In this document: positions 20,157 through 28,136 of the stretch, piece after piece | Position numbering within the stretch: the first letter of the stretch is position 1 | How the letters are laid out: every line of letters begins with the position of its first letter | Assembly (NCBI RefSeq): GCF_000039765.1 | Contig: NC_004460.2 | Coordinates: forward strand, 840,001-872,000 | Reading direction: 5' to 3' | Origin: Vibrio vulnificus CMCP6 | GTDB lineage: Bacteria; Pseudomonadota; Gammaproteobacteria; Enterobacterales; Vibrionaceae | DNA: 32,000 nucleotides | The notes under the pieces: generated by a model | Told to the model about the DNA's origin: nothing | Databases searched by the model: none | The model's input: only the letters and a program-made list of their open reading frames with translations | Program-made: the position numbers and the translations under genes

Positions 20157-22028
20157 ATGTTTTTATCGCGTCGATTTTTCCCTTACTTCTGCACTCAGTG
20201 CTTGGGTGCCCTCAACGATAATGTCTATAAGAATGTGTTACTGCTGATGGTAACGTATAGCCAAGTGGAGCAGCTTCCACTGCCCATTGACTTATTTGTG
20301 AATCTCGCAGCAGGATTATTCATCTTACCTTTCCTTCTTTTTTCAGCTCATGCTGGGCAAGTCGCTGACAATATGGACAAGGCACGATTAATTAAGCGCC
20401 TTAAACAGATTGAACTGTTGGTGATGGGCTGCGCCGCCATTGCCATTTTAACGCAAAGCTACATCGCGATGCTGATTCTGCTCTTTCTCACCGGGACTCA
20501 ATCTGCCTATTTTGGCCCAGTGAAATACTCCCTGCTTCCACAAGCACTCAAAGCCAACGAATTAGTCAAAGGCAATGCTTGGGTAGAGATGGGCACCTTC
20601 GTTTCTATTTTGCTCGGCACACTCACCGCAGGCGTGCTGATTGCGCTAGAAAATGGGCTCTACATTACCGCAGGCTTAGTATTGGTGTTGGCGTTGCTTG
20701 GCGTTGTCAGCAGCCAAAAAATGCCCGCACTACCATTGCAAACACCTGCTAAAAAAGTACAGTTCAAACCTATTTCTGGCTTAGTGAGCACGCTGAAGAA
20801 TGCGCAGAAAAATCGTGGAATCTGGATGGCGATCTTAGCCATCAGTTGGTTTTGGTTTTTAGGCGCCACCTACCTGACTCAGTTCCCCAACTTCGCAAAA
20901 ACACACCTCTATGCAGATAGTACAGTCGTTTCTGTGTTGCTGGCACTGTTTTCAATTGGCGTCGCTACGGGTTCATGGCTGTGTGAAAAACTCTCTTTTG
21001 ATCAAGTGGAACTCGGTATTCTACCTTTTGGCATTGCTGGCCTTACCGTGTTTGGTGGTGACCTGCTTTTTGCTCTGCCCAACGCGGCACAATTTCCATC
21101 CGCCTATTGGCAAGCGGCTGACTTCGTCCAGAACGCTCAGCATTGGCGCGTGATGGCGGACCTTTTTATGGTGGGAGTCAGTGGTGGGCTTTTCATTGTT
21201 CCACTGTACGCTTTCATTCAATCTCGTGCAGAGGATGGTGAATGTGCGCAAGCTATCGCGGCCAATAACATCATGAACTCGCTATTTATGGTGGCATCCG
21301 CAGCACTCTCCATCTTCGTCTTAACTGTGGTAGAGCTGAGCATTGTACAATTGTTCGCCTTGTTGGCACTGATGAACTTGGCAGTCGCCATTTATGTTTA
21401 CCGCCAAGTACCCGAGTTTACCCAGCGATTTATCAGCTATCTGATTAGTCACATCATGTATCGAGTGACGATTAAGGGTCGTAGCTGCATTCCCCAACAA
21501 GGAGCAGCGCTGCTGGTTGCGAACCACGTGAGTTACGTTGATGCACTGATCTTAATGGGTATTTCACCACGCCCGATTCGCTTCGTCATGGCAAAAGGCA
21601 TAGCAGAGATTCCACTACTGAAATATGTGTTCCGCCATGCAGGCGTGATTCCCATCTGCTCTCCGAAAAAATGTGAAAAAACCTATCAACATGCGTTTAA
21701 ACAGATTGCTCAAGCCTTAAATAACGGAGAACTCGTTTGCATTTTTCCAGAAGGTCGCCTGACAGCGGACGGCAGCTTGGGCGAGTTTAGACCCGGTGTG
21801 GAAACGATTCTCAGAGACAATCCTGTCCCTGTCATTCCCGTTGGGCTAGTTGGATTATGGGGATCTTTTTTCAGCCATAAACATGGGCATGCGCTCACCT
21901 CTTTACCACGTCGATTCTGGTCGAAAATCAGCGTCAACGTTGGTGAAGCGATAGAAGGCACAGACGCCAACCGACATCAACTGCAACAAGAGGTACAAAA
22001 GTTGGTTGCTGTACCCTGTTCACAGTAA
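20157..22028 (+). CDS. MFS transporter (LplT-like) fused to 1-acyl-glycerol-3-phosphate acyltransferase (PlsC) domain
   Basis: N-terminal MFS-type membrane region (FCTQCLGALNDNVYKNVLLLMVTY, YFGPVKYSLLPQAL); C-terminal PlsC motifs VANHVSYVDAL (HX4D) and CIFPEGRLTADG. ATG at 20157 is downstream of AAAGAGG; track start at 20079 has no support. Confidence 0.88.
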   Translation: MFLSRRFFPYFCTQCLGALNDNVYKNVLLLMVTYSQVEQLPLPIDLFVNLAAGLFILPFLLFSAHAGQVADNMDKARLIKRLKQIELLVMGCAAIAILTQSYIAMLILLFLTGTQSAYFGPVKYSLLPQALKANELVKGNAWVEMGTFVSILLGTLTAGVLIALENGLYITAGLVLVLALLGVVSSQKMPALPLQTPAKKVQFKPISGLVSTLKNAQKNRGIWMAILAISWFWFLGATYLTQFPNFAKTHLYADSTVVSVLLALFSIGVATGSWLCEKLSFDQVELGILPFGIAGLTVFGGDLLFALPNAAQFPSAYWQAADFVQNAQHWRVMADLFMVGVSGGLFIVPLYAFIQSRAEDGECAQAIAANNIMNSLFMVASAALSIFVLTVVELSIVQLFALLALMNLAVAIYVYRQVPEFTQRFISYLISHIMYRVTIKGRSCIPQQGAALLVANHVSYVDALILMGISPRPIRFVMAKGIAEIPLLKYVFRHAGVIPICSPKKCEKTYQHAFKQIAQALNNGELVCIFPEGRLTADGSLGEFRPGVETILRDNPVPVIPVGLVGLWGSFFSHKHGHALTSLPRRFWSKISVNVGEAIEGTDANRHQLQQEVQKLVAVPCSQ

Positions 22029-22122
22029 GCCATTATTTTTGATGAGATAATCTAGATATTAGGTCGCCCCAAGTAGCTTGGCATTACAGGTAACTAGGGA
22101 ATAAGGGATGGAGAGTGAAGCG

Positions 22123-22755
22123 ATGAAAATCATTATATTACACGGTTTATATATGCATGGTTTAGTCATGCAACCTCTCAGCTTGCGCCTAAAAAAATTG
22201 GGCTATCAAACACAAACGCTCACCTACAACACGGTCAATATTGATGAAGAAAAAGTTTTCCAATCCATAGACAAAGCGCTCAGCACGACGACGGGGAATG
22301 TGTTGGTTGGCCATAGTTTGGGAGGCTTGATGATCAAACATTATCTTGCCTCACGTCGCCCTACCCTTCAGCAAATCTCACATGTGGTGGCCATAGGGTC
22401 ACCGCTCAAAGGCGCTTCCATCGTAACAAAAATTCAGGAGCTTGGTTTAGGTGCGATGCTTGGCAATTCGCCAAAACATGGGCTCAATATGCATGAGGAT
22501 GTTTGGGATTTTCCTCAAAAGCTTGGCAGTATTGCAGGCACGATTCCATTGGGTGCAAGACCCTTCTTACTGATGGATACACAGACAATGTCTGATGGGA
22601 CGGTCACGGTGGAGGAGACAAAGATATCAGGTATGACTGACCATGTTTTGACGAAAAATAGCCATACCAGCATGATATATAGCCGCTATATTCCAGATCA
22701 GATCGATCATTTCATCCAGCATTCTCACTTCAGGCAAACCGAGAGAGTTAATTAA
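22123..22755 (+). CDS. Alpha/beta hydrolase (PGAP1/lipase-like)
   Basis: MKIIILHGLYMHG start, nucleophile elbow LVGHSLGGLM, AIGSPLKGA; ORF open from 22108, the ATG at 22123 seems the better start. Confidence 0.8.
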   Translation: MKIIILHGLYMHGLVMQPLSLRLKKLGYQTQTLTYNTVNIDEEKVFQSIDKALSTTTGNVLVGHSLGGLMIKHYLASRRPTLQQISHVVAIGSPLKGASIVTKIQELGLGAMLGNSPKHGLNMHEDVWDFPQKLGSIAGTIPLGARPFLLMDTQTMSDGTVTVEETKISGMTDHVLTKNSHTSMIYSRYIPDQIDHFIQHSHFRQTERVN

Positions 22756-22967
22756 GAGCCATCTAAATAAGCAAAATCAAAACAAAAGACAGCTCCCAAT
22801 AATGCAAATATATCACTAGCAATAAATATGAAATTTATATATTATCCCACCCGGTTATAAAACAGTGTTCAAAACCAATGCTAGACCAAAGCAGTTAAGA
22901 ACTAAGTTGTTTAAAACCATGCATAGAAAACTGTTGTCAGCGCTCATGAAAAAGACCACAAATCGAA

Positions 22968-22990
22968 ACAGCAAGCTCAATGCTTGCTGT
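22968..22990. promoter_or_regulatory. Hairpin in the region upstream of the outer-membrane protein gene
   Basis: Perfect 9-bp inverted repeat ACAGCAAGC (22968-22976) / GCTTGCTGT (22982-22990), loop 5 nt. Confidence 0.35.
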
Positions 22991-23058
22991 CATTCTGATT
23001 TGAAATACATATCACTATAAAAAGCGCCTGACATCCTAATAAAACATAGGAAATAACA

Positions 23059-23640
23059 ATGAAAATGAAAGCGATCGCTCTGACGTTATTGAGCCTAAGC
23101 GCTATTTCAGCAGCACACGCAGACACGAAAGTAAACGGCTTCTACCTTGGTGCTGGTGCTGGTTCTACGGAATTTGACAGTGACCAGTCTGTAACCGGTA
23201 AAGCCGATGGTAACGCACTAAAACTGATCGCCGGTTATCAGTTCAACCGTATCGTTGGTATCGAAGCACAATACAGCAAATACGGTGATGTGAAATTTTC
23301 TACACCGCAAAATACTTGGACTCCGACTGCTCTTTCTTTGAATGCCAACCTTGGCTACACCTTTGCAAATGGCCTTCGTCCTTATGGTATTGTTGGCCTT
23401 TCAGCATTGGATCTTAGCGAGTCAACCAAAACACTTGAAAGTGACAGTGGTGCCGCTATCCACTTTGGTTTGGGTTTAGAGTACGCGCCACCTGCATTGA
23501 ACGGCCTAGCGTTCCGTGTGGGTTACGATGCTGAAATTTTTGGTATCAGTACCGAATATGACCTAAATGGTACCAAAGTAACGGAAGACGTTGCTTACAG
23601 CCTAGGCGCATTCTACGCAGGTGCCACATACAAGTTCTAA
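23059..23640 (+). CDS. Small outer-membrane beta-barrel protein (OmpA-like/opacity-type porin family)
   Basis: Signal peptide MKMKAIALTLLSLSAISAAHA; alternating beta strands; LIAGYQFNRIVGIEAQYSKYG, NLGYTFANGLRPYGIVGLS, terminal AFYAGATYKF. Confidence 0.87.
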   Translation: MKMKAIALTLLSLSAISAAHADTKVNGFYLGAGAGSTEFDSDQSVTGKADGNALKLIAGYQFNRIVGIEAQYSKYGDVKFSTPQNTWTPTALSLNANLGYTFANGLRPYGIVGLSALDLSESTKTLESDSGAAIHFGLGLEYAPPALNGLAFRVGYDAEIFGISTEYDLNGTKVTEDVAYSLGAFYAGATYKF

Positions 23641-23663
23641 TGTGTACTGCACACTCTTTCTTC

Positions 23664-23686
23664 AAAGGGCCTTACGGCCCTTTTTT
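23664..23686 (+). terminator. Rho-independent terminator after the outer-membrane protein gene
   Basis: AAAGGGCC (23664-23671) / GGCCCTTT (23676-23683) with T-run. Confidence 0.87.
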
Positions 23687-23794
23687 ACTTTTCGTTTTGG
23701 AAGAACAGATTGAATAAAAAAGAGACCGAGCGCGCAAAAACAGAGCAAACAAAACATAAAACGGCGACAAATCAAGCGATTGAACTTTTTCCAC

Positions 23795-23823
23795 TTTACA
23801 TCAACCACGGTTCCCCCTATTAT
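23795..23823 (+). promoter_or_regulatory. Sigma-70-like promoter of the tRNA cluster
   Basis: TTTACA (23795-23800), 17-bp spacer, TATTAT (23818-23823), then GC-rich CTTGGCCC discriminator just upstream of tRNA-Ser. Confidence 0.6.
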
Positions 23824-23833
23824 CTTGGCCCAT

Positions 23834-23924
23834 GGAGAGATGGCTGAGTGGTTGAAAGCACCGGTCTTGAAAACCGGCGTACGTTAATAGCGTACCTAGG
23901 GTTCAAATCCCTATCTCTCCGCCA
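23834..23924 (+). tRNA. tRNA-Ser(TGA), CCA encoded
   Basis: Acceptor GGAGAGA / TCTCTCC, anticodon arm CCGGT-CTTGAAA-ACCGG, long variable arm GTACGTTAATAGCGTAC, T-arm TAGGGTTCAAATCCCTA. Confidence 0.96.
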
Positions 23925-23956
23925 CATTGCATTGTTGAGCTGATGCTGAACAATTT

Positions 23957-24032
23957 GCCTCGATAGCTCAGTCGGTAGAGCAGAGGATTGAAAATCCTCG
24001 TGTCGGTGGTTCGATTCCGCCTCGAGGCACCA
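23957..24032 (+). tRNA. tRNA-Phe(GAA), CCA encoded
   Basis: Acceptor GCCTCGA / TCGAGGC, anticodon arm GAGGA-TTGAAAA-TCCTC, 76 nt. Confidence 0.96.
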
Positions 24033-24068
24033 CTTATTAAGTTGTGCCAGATACAACAACAGAATAGT

Positions 24069-24144
24069 TCCTCCTTAGCTCAGTCGGTAGAGCGACGGAC
24101 TGTTAATCCGCAGGTCGCTGGTTCGAGCCCAGCAGGAGGAGCCA
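24069..24144 (+). tRNA. tRNA-Asn(GTT), CCA encoded
   Basis: Acceptor TCCTCCT / AGGAGGA, anticodon loop CTGTTAA, 76 nt. Confidence 0.96.
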
Positions 24145-24149
24145 TATTT

Positions 24150-24179
24150 AAAAAGCCTCATCATTTGATGAGGCTTTTT
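24150..24179. terminator. Terminator of the tRNA cluster, bidirectional in form
   Basis: AAAAAGCCTCATCA (24150-24163) / TGATGAGGCTTTTT (24166-24179). Confidence 0.88.
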
Positions 24180-24199
24180 GCTATTTGATGTTTACTCAC

Positions 24200-24910
24200 T
24201 CAAGTGGGCAAACGCGCCGTAAGATTATAGCTGATCGCCGATGCAACCAGCTCTTCACTGACTGCATGACCACAACGTTCGTCAATCAACTCCCGATCCT
24301 CGCCATGACACTCTTCTTCATGCCCTAGATACACTTCAACACCATTGGTTTGAATGTGGCTATAAAGAGAGTGCAGTAGATGGTCGACATTGGTTTTCTC
24401 TTCCCATAACTGGCAATCGCTTTCTGGGATAAGCGCGTCACCAATAAAAATTGCCTCACCAATTTTGAAGGTCACATCAGACGCCGAGTGACAAGGCGTA
24501 TTGATCACTTCTAGGTCAGACTCTCCAAACTCAAGATGTTCTTGATCCATAAGAAAGTGTTCAAACTCATACAGCTCTTTAAGAGCTAACTCATCTTTCC
24601 AACATGCGTAGACTTTCTTTGCCCCTTCAGCCACATTGATGGGCGCTTGCAACAATTCACTAAGGTAAAAAGAACCCGTTAGGTGATCGGCGTGAATGTG
24701 TGTTTCAAAAATGGCCACGACATGAAGATGATTCTCTCTGACGTATTGTAAAAGCTTATCTGCAGATTCAAAACTGATCCTCCCAGATTCAAGGCAATAG
24801 TCTGCAACAGGGTCGATAATTATGGCTTGTTTTGTGCCGACATCTGACACCACATAGCTGATGGTACCCGACACGACATGATGAAATTCCTGAATGATTT
24901 GGCCTGCCAT
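24200..24910 (-). CDS. MBL-fold metallo-hydrolase (persulfide dioxygenase / glyoxalase II-like family)
   Basis: FETHIHADHLTGSFYL (HxHADH), TPCHSASDVTFKIGEAIFIGDALI, EVYLGHEEEC. ATG at 24910 (MAGQIIQEF) preferred over the track start at 24994. Confidence 0.86.
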   Translation of the reverse strand: MAGQIIQEFHHVVSGTISYVVSDVGTKQAIIIDPVADYCLESGRISFESADKLLQYVRENHLHVVAIFETHIHADHLTGSFYLSELLQAPINVAEGAKKVYACWKDELALKELYEFEHFLMDQEHLEFGESDLEVINTPCHSASDVTFKIGEAIFIGDALIPESDCQLWEEKTNVDHLLHSLYSHIQTNGVEVYLGHEEECHGEDRELIDERCGHAVSEELVASAISYNLTARLPT

Positions 24911-24989
24911 AATCCCCTCGAGAAATCTGTTTCCATACATAATCAGTCTAGATGAGAGTTGATGACAGGCAAGAAAGCAAAAAGAAAAA

Positions 24990-25005
24990 GGCACCTTTCA
25001 GCGCC
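24990..25005 (-). terminator. Probable terminator after the phosphatase-like gene
   Basis: On the minus strand GGCGC-TGAAAG-GTGCC followed by T-rich sequence. Confidence 0.55.
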
Positions 25006-25086
25006 TTTTCCATTCGCGGCATCTTAGCCGTAATTGCCTATTTTAGTAGAGCGGTCTGATAGAGAAGTTTGATAGAGAGACACCAA

Positions 25087-27969
25087 TCAAAACGATTCAA
25101 TACCAAGTTTGTTGAGTAAAGAAGGGAAGCCCCAACCATTTTCTCCGGCGACTACGCCTTCTCCCGTCAGGTATTCGTATAATGTTGGTGCGAGAGAACC
25201 ATTTTCCTCACTGGTTAAAGGCGTCGTATTGTTGCCAATTGGCGCCCCCCAAAAACCAATAAAGGCGTCTTTTTCAAGATAGCTTTCTCCAGCGTGTCTC
25301 CCTGGTACTTTGGTGTTGTAACCAACCCCTTCTTTGGGGAAAAGGTTGATGGTGCCCGCTCTTTCTTCCAAATAGAGGTGCGCCAACTGAACCACCGAAT
25401 CAGGTCGAGTCGTGAAGCGGGTTAGTGCTCGCCATTGCGCTTTATCACACCATGTTTCAGGGCGTTGGCTGTCAACGCCTAGGCAACGTTGGAGTGCTAG
25501 AGTGCGCTGCTTTTCTTCATCTTCACTCAATGTAGGCAAATAGGGATTAAGCGTAGACACCTCCAATAACGAAGGCTGACCTTTTGCTGCAAAATAGGCG
25601 TATTTCTCACCCACCTTCTCAACAAACTCGTCCACCCGCTTGCCGTCGCGAGTCGCGATGAGGCGAACTTTACAATGCTCAGCGCTACAAGCGGTTTCTC
25701 GCACAGCGAGATAATCTAAGCTGTCTGCCAAGGTTTTTACGCTCCAATCGACAATATCAATCATTGGCTCACTCCCTGCATTCACAGGACGCCATTGGGT
25801 CAACTCTTGATAAAGAGGCTGAGTTTGCCAGCTCTGGTTGGAATTGAAAAAGTCGAGCATAAAGTTTCCACCAGCAGTGGAGGCCACCACCACATCAACG
25901 CCTTTATTGGAGGGGAAATTCAGAGCATTGGTCATCTTCGGCCCTTCTCCCTCATCGGATGAAATCTTTCTCATCACCAGTGGATAGCCTAAAGTGCCTT
26001 GAAGTGGCTCGAATATCGCTTTCTCTGGGTTAAGCGTTCGGTAGACTGGAGACAGGCCATGATCGCCAGCCATTCCCCATAACGTTCTTTCGTAAACCCC
26101 TGCCTGTTGATAGGCGTTTTCTAACGCACCAAGCCAGTAATCGAGTCGATTAAGCTCACCCGTCGGCATGATGATTTCATCACTAAACGGGCCAACAAAG
26201 TGTGCGAAATGATCCGGCCATGGGTTGTACACTAAGGTGTAATCAGGCATCCCTTTCGCGTCAAGCTTGGAGAATGAGGTTAAATCTTGTTCAATTTTCC
26301 ACTTTCTCGTTAAACGTGTATAGATATCCCAAAACGGTATCTCTTGGTAATCCACAACATCTCGAATTAAATCACTGCGCATCTGCTGCAACACGACTTC
26401 CACTTTCGCCCGCTCATTAAGCTCGCGTAAACAACGTTTTTCGCCAAAATCACGCAGCGCTTCACCCGCCCCAAGATTCACCAGTCCATCATACGTGGTG
26501 TGCGCATTCCAGTCATACTGCGCGTTGCAATTGAGTGTTTTCAGATAAACCAAGCGGTCAAACATGGTTTGCACGCGATTTTTCTGCATGATGCGGTCAA
26601 GCTGCAGGGCATCATTACCAAAAAAGTAATAAGCGCGATCTTCATGGCGATCAACAAAGTGGAAGTTGGGAATGCCAGTGCCCCCCTCCCCTTCCACTCT
26701 TGCCCCCGTTTTGATGATAGGCAAATTCCTCACACTGATGGTTGGCGTTGAAGAGATGCCCACTCTGGCGATGGAGTCTTCATGGTTTTGGTATAAACGT
26801 TTGAAGAAAGGCAGATAATAAGGGTCTTGATACGGTTGTGTCGCAAGGGTTTGTAAAAAACGCATTTGCTGCTTGTGGGCAGGCTTCTGTCCATCTGGTC
26901 GCTGATCACTCCCCGCTTGCCACTCAAGATGTTTATCATAGGCCGTCGAGATAAACGGCTTATTTGGTGAAACCAACCCCTCCAACAAGCCTTGCTGTAG
27001 GCCATCCACCGTCACTTGCACTGCCAGTCGGCGTTGTTGCTGCGAAGCAAGAAAGGCCAGCAGAGCTTCGGGATCATCATCAAATGCTTCTTGCAGCCAA
27101 TGATCCAGCGCTTGCTGCCTTTCATCTTGATAGACAAACTGGCGATACGCTTTAAGTACATTGAGGCGAACGAAATCAATTAGGGTCACCGTAATCGCTT
27201 GTGCCTTATTGTTAACCTTGTTTTTGTGCTCCGGTTTCCCATCTTCGATAATGGCGTTGAGCGCATGTTTCATTTCGCCCTCATCCATCCCCGATGCCAC
27301 CTGCTGCAAAATATTCAGCACAATGGGTTCTATCTTCGTCACCAACGCTAGATCTTCCGCCGATTGTGTTAAGTAGCGATATTGTTCAGGGAGCGTTTCT
27401 TGATCTTGCCATTCGCCAATTTGTACCAATGCATCGTAAACCGTCACCAATGCAGCGATAAAATCACCATCCACTTTAATGCCTTCTTGGTGCGCTTGAT
27501 CTTTTTCATGTTGCTTGGTTTCGACCGACGTAGCGTGTTCCACTTGGAATAGCGAGTGTTGGAATCCGGTGAGTGCTTGTTTGTCGTACACTTGGAACAG
27601 ATAGTTGCGAAACTCATCCTCATTCCCCAAGCCGCTGTAACGGTCGTAGTATTGGTAAAGGAAGTAGCCTAGAGGAATGGCATAGCTGGGATCGGCAATC
27701 TGCTTCATCACTCGCGCTTTCACTGAGGTATCAAGAGGAAGCGTCAGAAGATAAGTTTCTAACGTCATTCCACCGATGGTAAATAGAGTGACATCACGGG
27801 CAAAACGCGTGGAGTAACTGAGCGATGAAACCACCTGATTTTTCAGCACTTCGCTGGAGTTAAACAGCCCACCGAACACAGGCGTATTTCCCACTTCCGC
27901 CAACAATGGGGCAGGTATCGCGCCAGCCGCTGATGCCAAAACTAACCCTATCGCCTTTGAGCGTAACAT
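25087..27969 (-). CDS. Exported alkaline-phosphatase-superfamily (phosphodiesterase/nucleotide pyrophosphatase-like) protein with large N-terminal extension
   Basis: Signal peptide MLRSKAIGLVLASAAGAIPAPLLA; superfamily motifs VTVDGLQQGLLEGLV, GGTGIPNFHFVD (candidate nucleophile Thr), YNPWPDHFAHFVGP, WGMAGDHGLSP. ATG at 27969 fits the signal peptide better than the track start at 28074. Confidence 0.8.
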   Translation of the reverse strand: MLRSKAIGLVLASAAGAIPAPLLAEVGNTPVFGGLFNSSEVLKNQVVSSLSYSTRFARDVTLFTIGGMTLETYLLTLPLDTSVKARVMKQIADPSYAIPLGYFLYQYYDRYSGLGNEDEFRNYLFQVYDKQALTGFQHSLFQVEHATSVETKQHEKDQAHQEGIKVDGDFIAALVTVYDALVQIGEWQDQETLPEQYRYLTQSAEDLALVTKIEPIVLNILQQVASGMDEGEMKHALNAIIEDGKPEHKNKVNNKAQAITVTLIDFVRLNVLKAYRQFVYQDERQQALDHWLQEAFDDDPEALLAFLASQQQRRLAVQVTVDGLQQGLLEGLVSPNKPFISTAYDKHLEWQAGSDQRPDGQKPAHKQQMRFLQTLATQPYQDPYYLPFFKRLYQNHEDSIARVGISSTPTISVRNLPIIKTGARVEGEGGTGIPNFHFVDRHEDRAYYFFGNDALQLDRIMQKNRVQTMFDRLVYLKTLNCNAQYDWNAHTTYDGLVNLGAGEALRDFGEKRCLRELNERAKVEVVLQQMRSDLIRDVVDYQEIPFWDIYTRLTRKWKIEQDLTSFSKLDAKGMPDYTLVYNPWPDHFAHFVGPFSDEIIMPTGELNRLDYWLGALENAYQQAGVYERTLWGMAGDHGLSPVYRTLNPEKAIFEPLQGTLGYPLVMRKISSDEGEGPKMTNALNFPSNKGVDVVVASTAGGNFMLDFFNSNQSWQTQPLYQELTQWRPVNAGSEPMIDIVDWSVKTLADSLDYLAVRETACSAEHCKVRLIATRDGKRVDEFVEKVGEKYAYFAAKGQPSLLEVSTLNPYLPTLSEDEEKQRTLALQRCLGVDSQRPETWCDKAQWRALTRFTTRPDSVVQLAHLYLEERAGTINLFPKEGVGYNTKVPGRHAGESYLEKDAFIGFWGAPIGNNTTPLTSEENGSLAPTLYEYLTGEGVVAGENGWGFPSLLNKLGIESF

Positions 27970-28074
27970 AAACAGCTTTTCCTTAAGATTCTTAGTATTG
28001 GCTGATTGTGTCAGTCTATGAGCGAAGTGCAAGCTTGAGGCGTAAGCAAAAGTAAGACTCGGGGAGAGGCGCAC

Positions 28075-28096
28075 AAAAAAGCGGCATTACTGCCGC
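28075..28096 (-). terminator. Terminator after the EIIC-EAL gene
   Basis: GCGGCA (28081-28086) / TGCCGC (28091-28096); on the minus strand followed by TTTTTT. Confidence 0.8.
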
Positions 28097-28136
28097 GATT
28101 AAGAGCAATGGATTAATAGCGATGAATGTCATGCGC

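Noticed and set aside
23820-24059. 79-aa minus-strand ORF
   Set aside because: It runs across tRNA-Ser and most of tRNA-Phe; the apparent peptide is a known type of spurious translation of tRNA genes.
23834-24144. tRNA cluster as an integration site for a mobile island
   Set aside because: No integrase, no direct repeat of a tRNA 3' end seen downstream in the window, and flanking genes look chromosomal.
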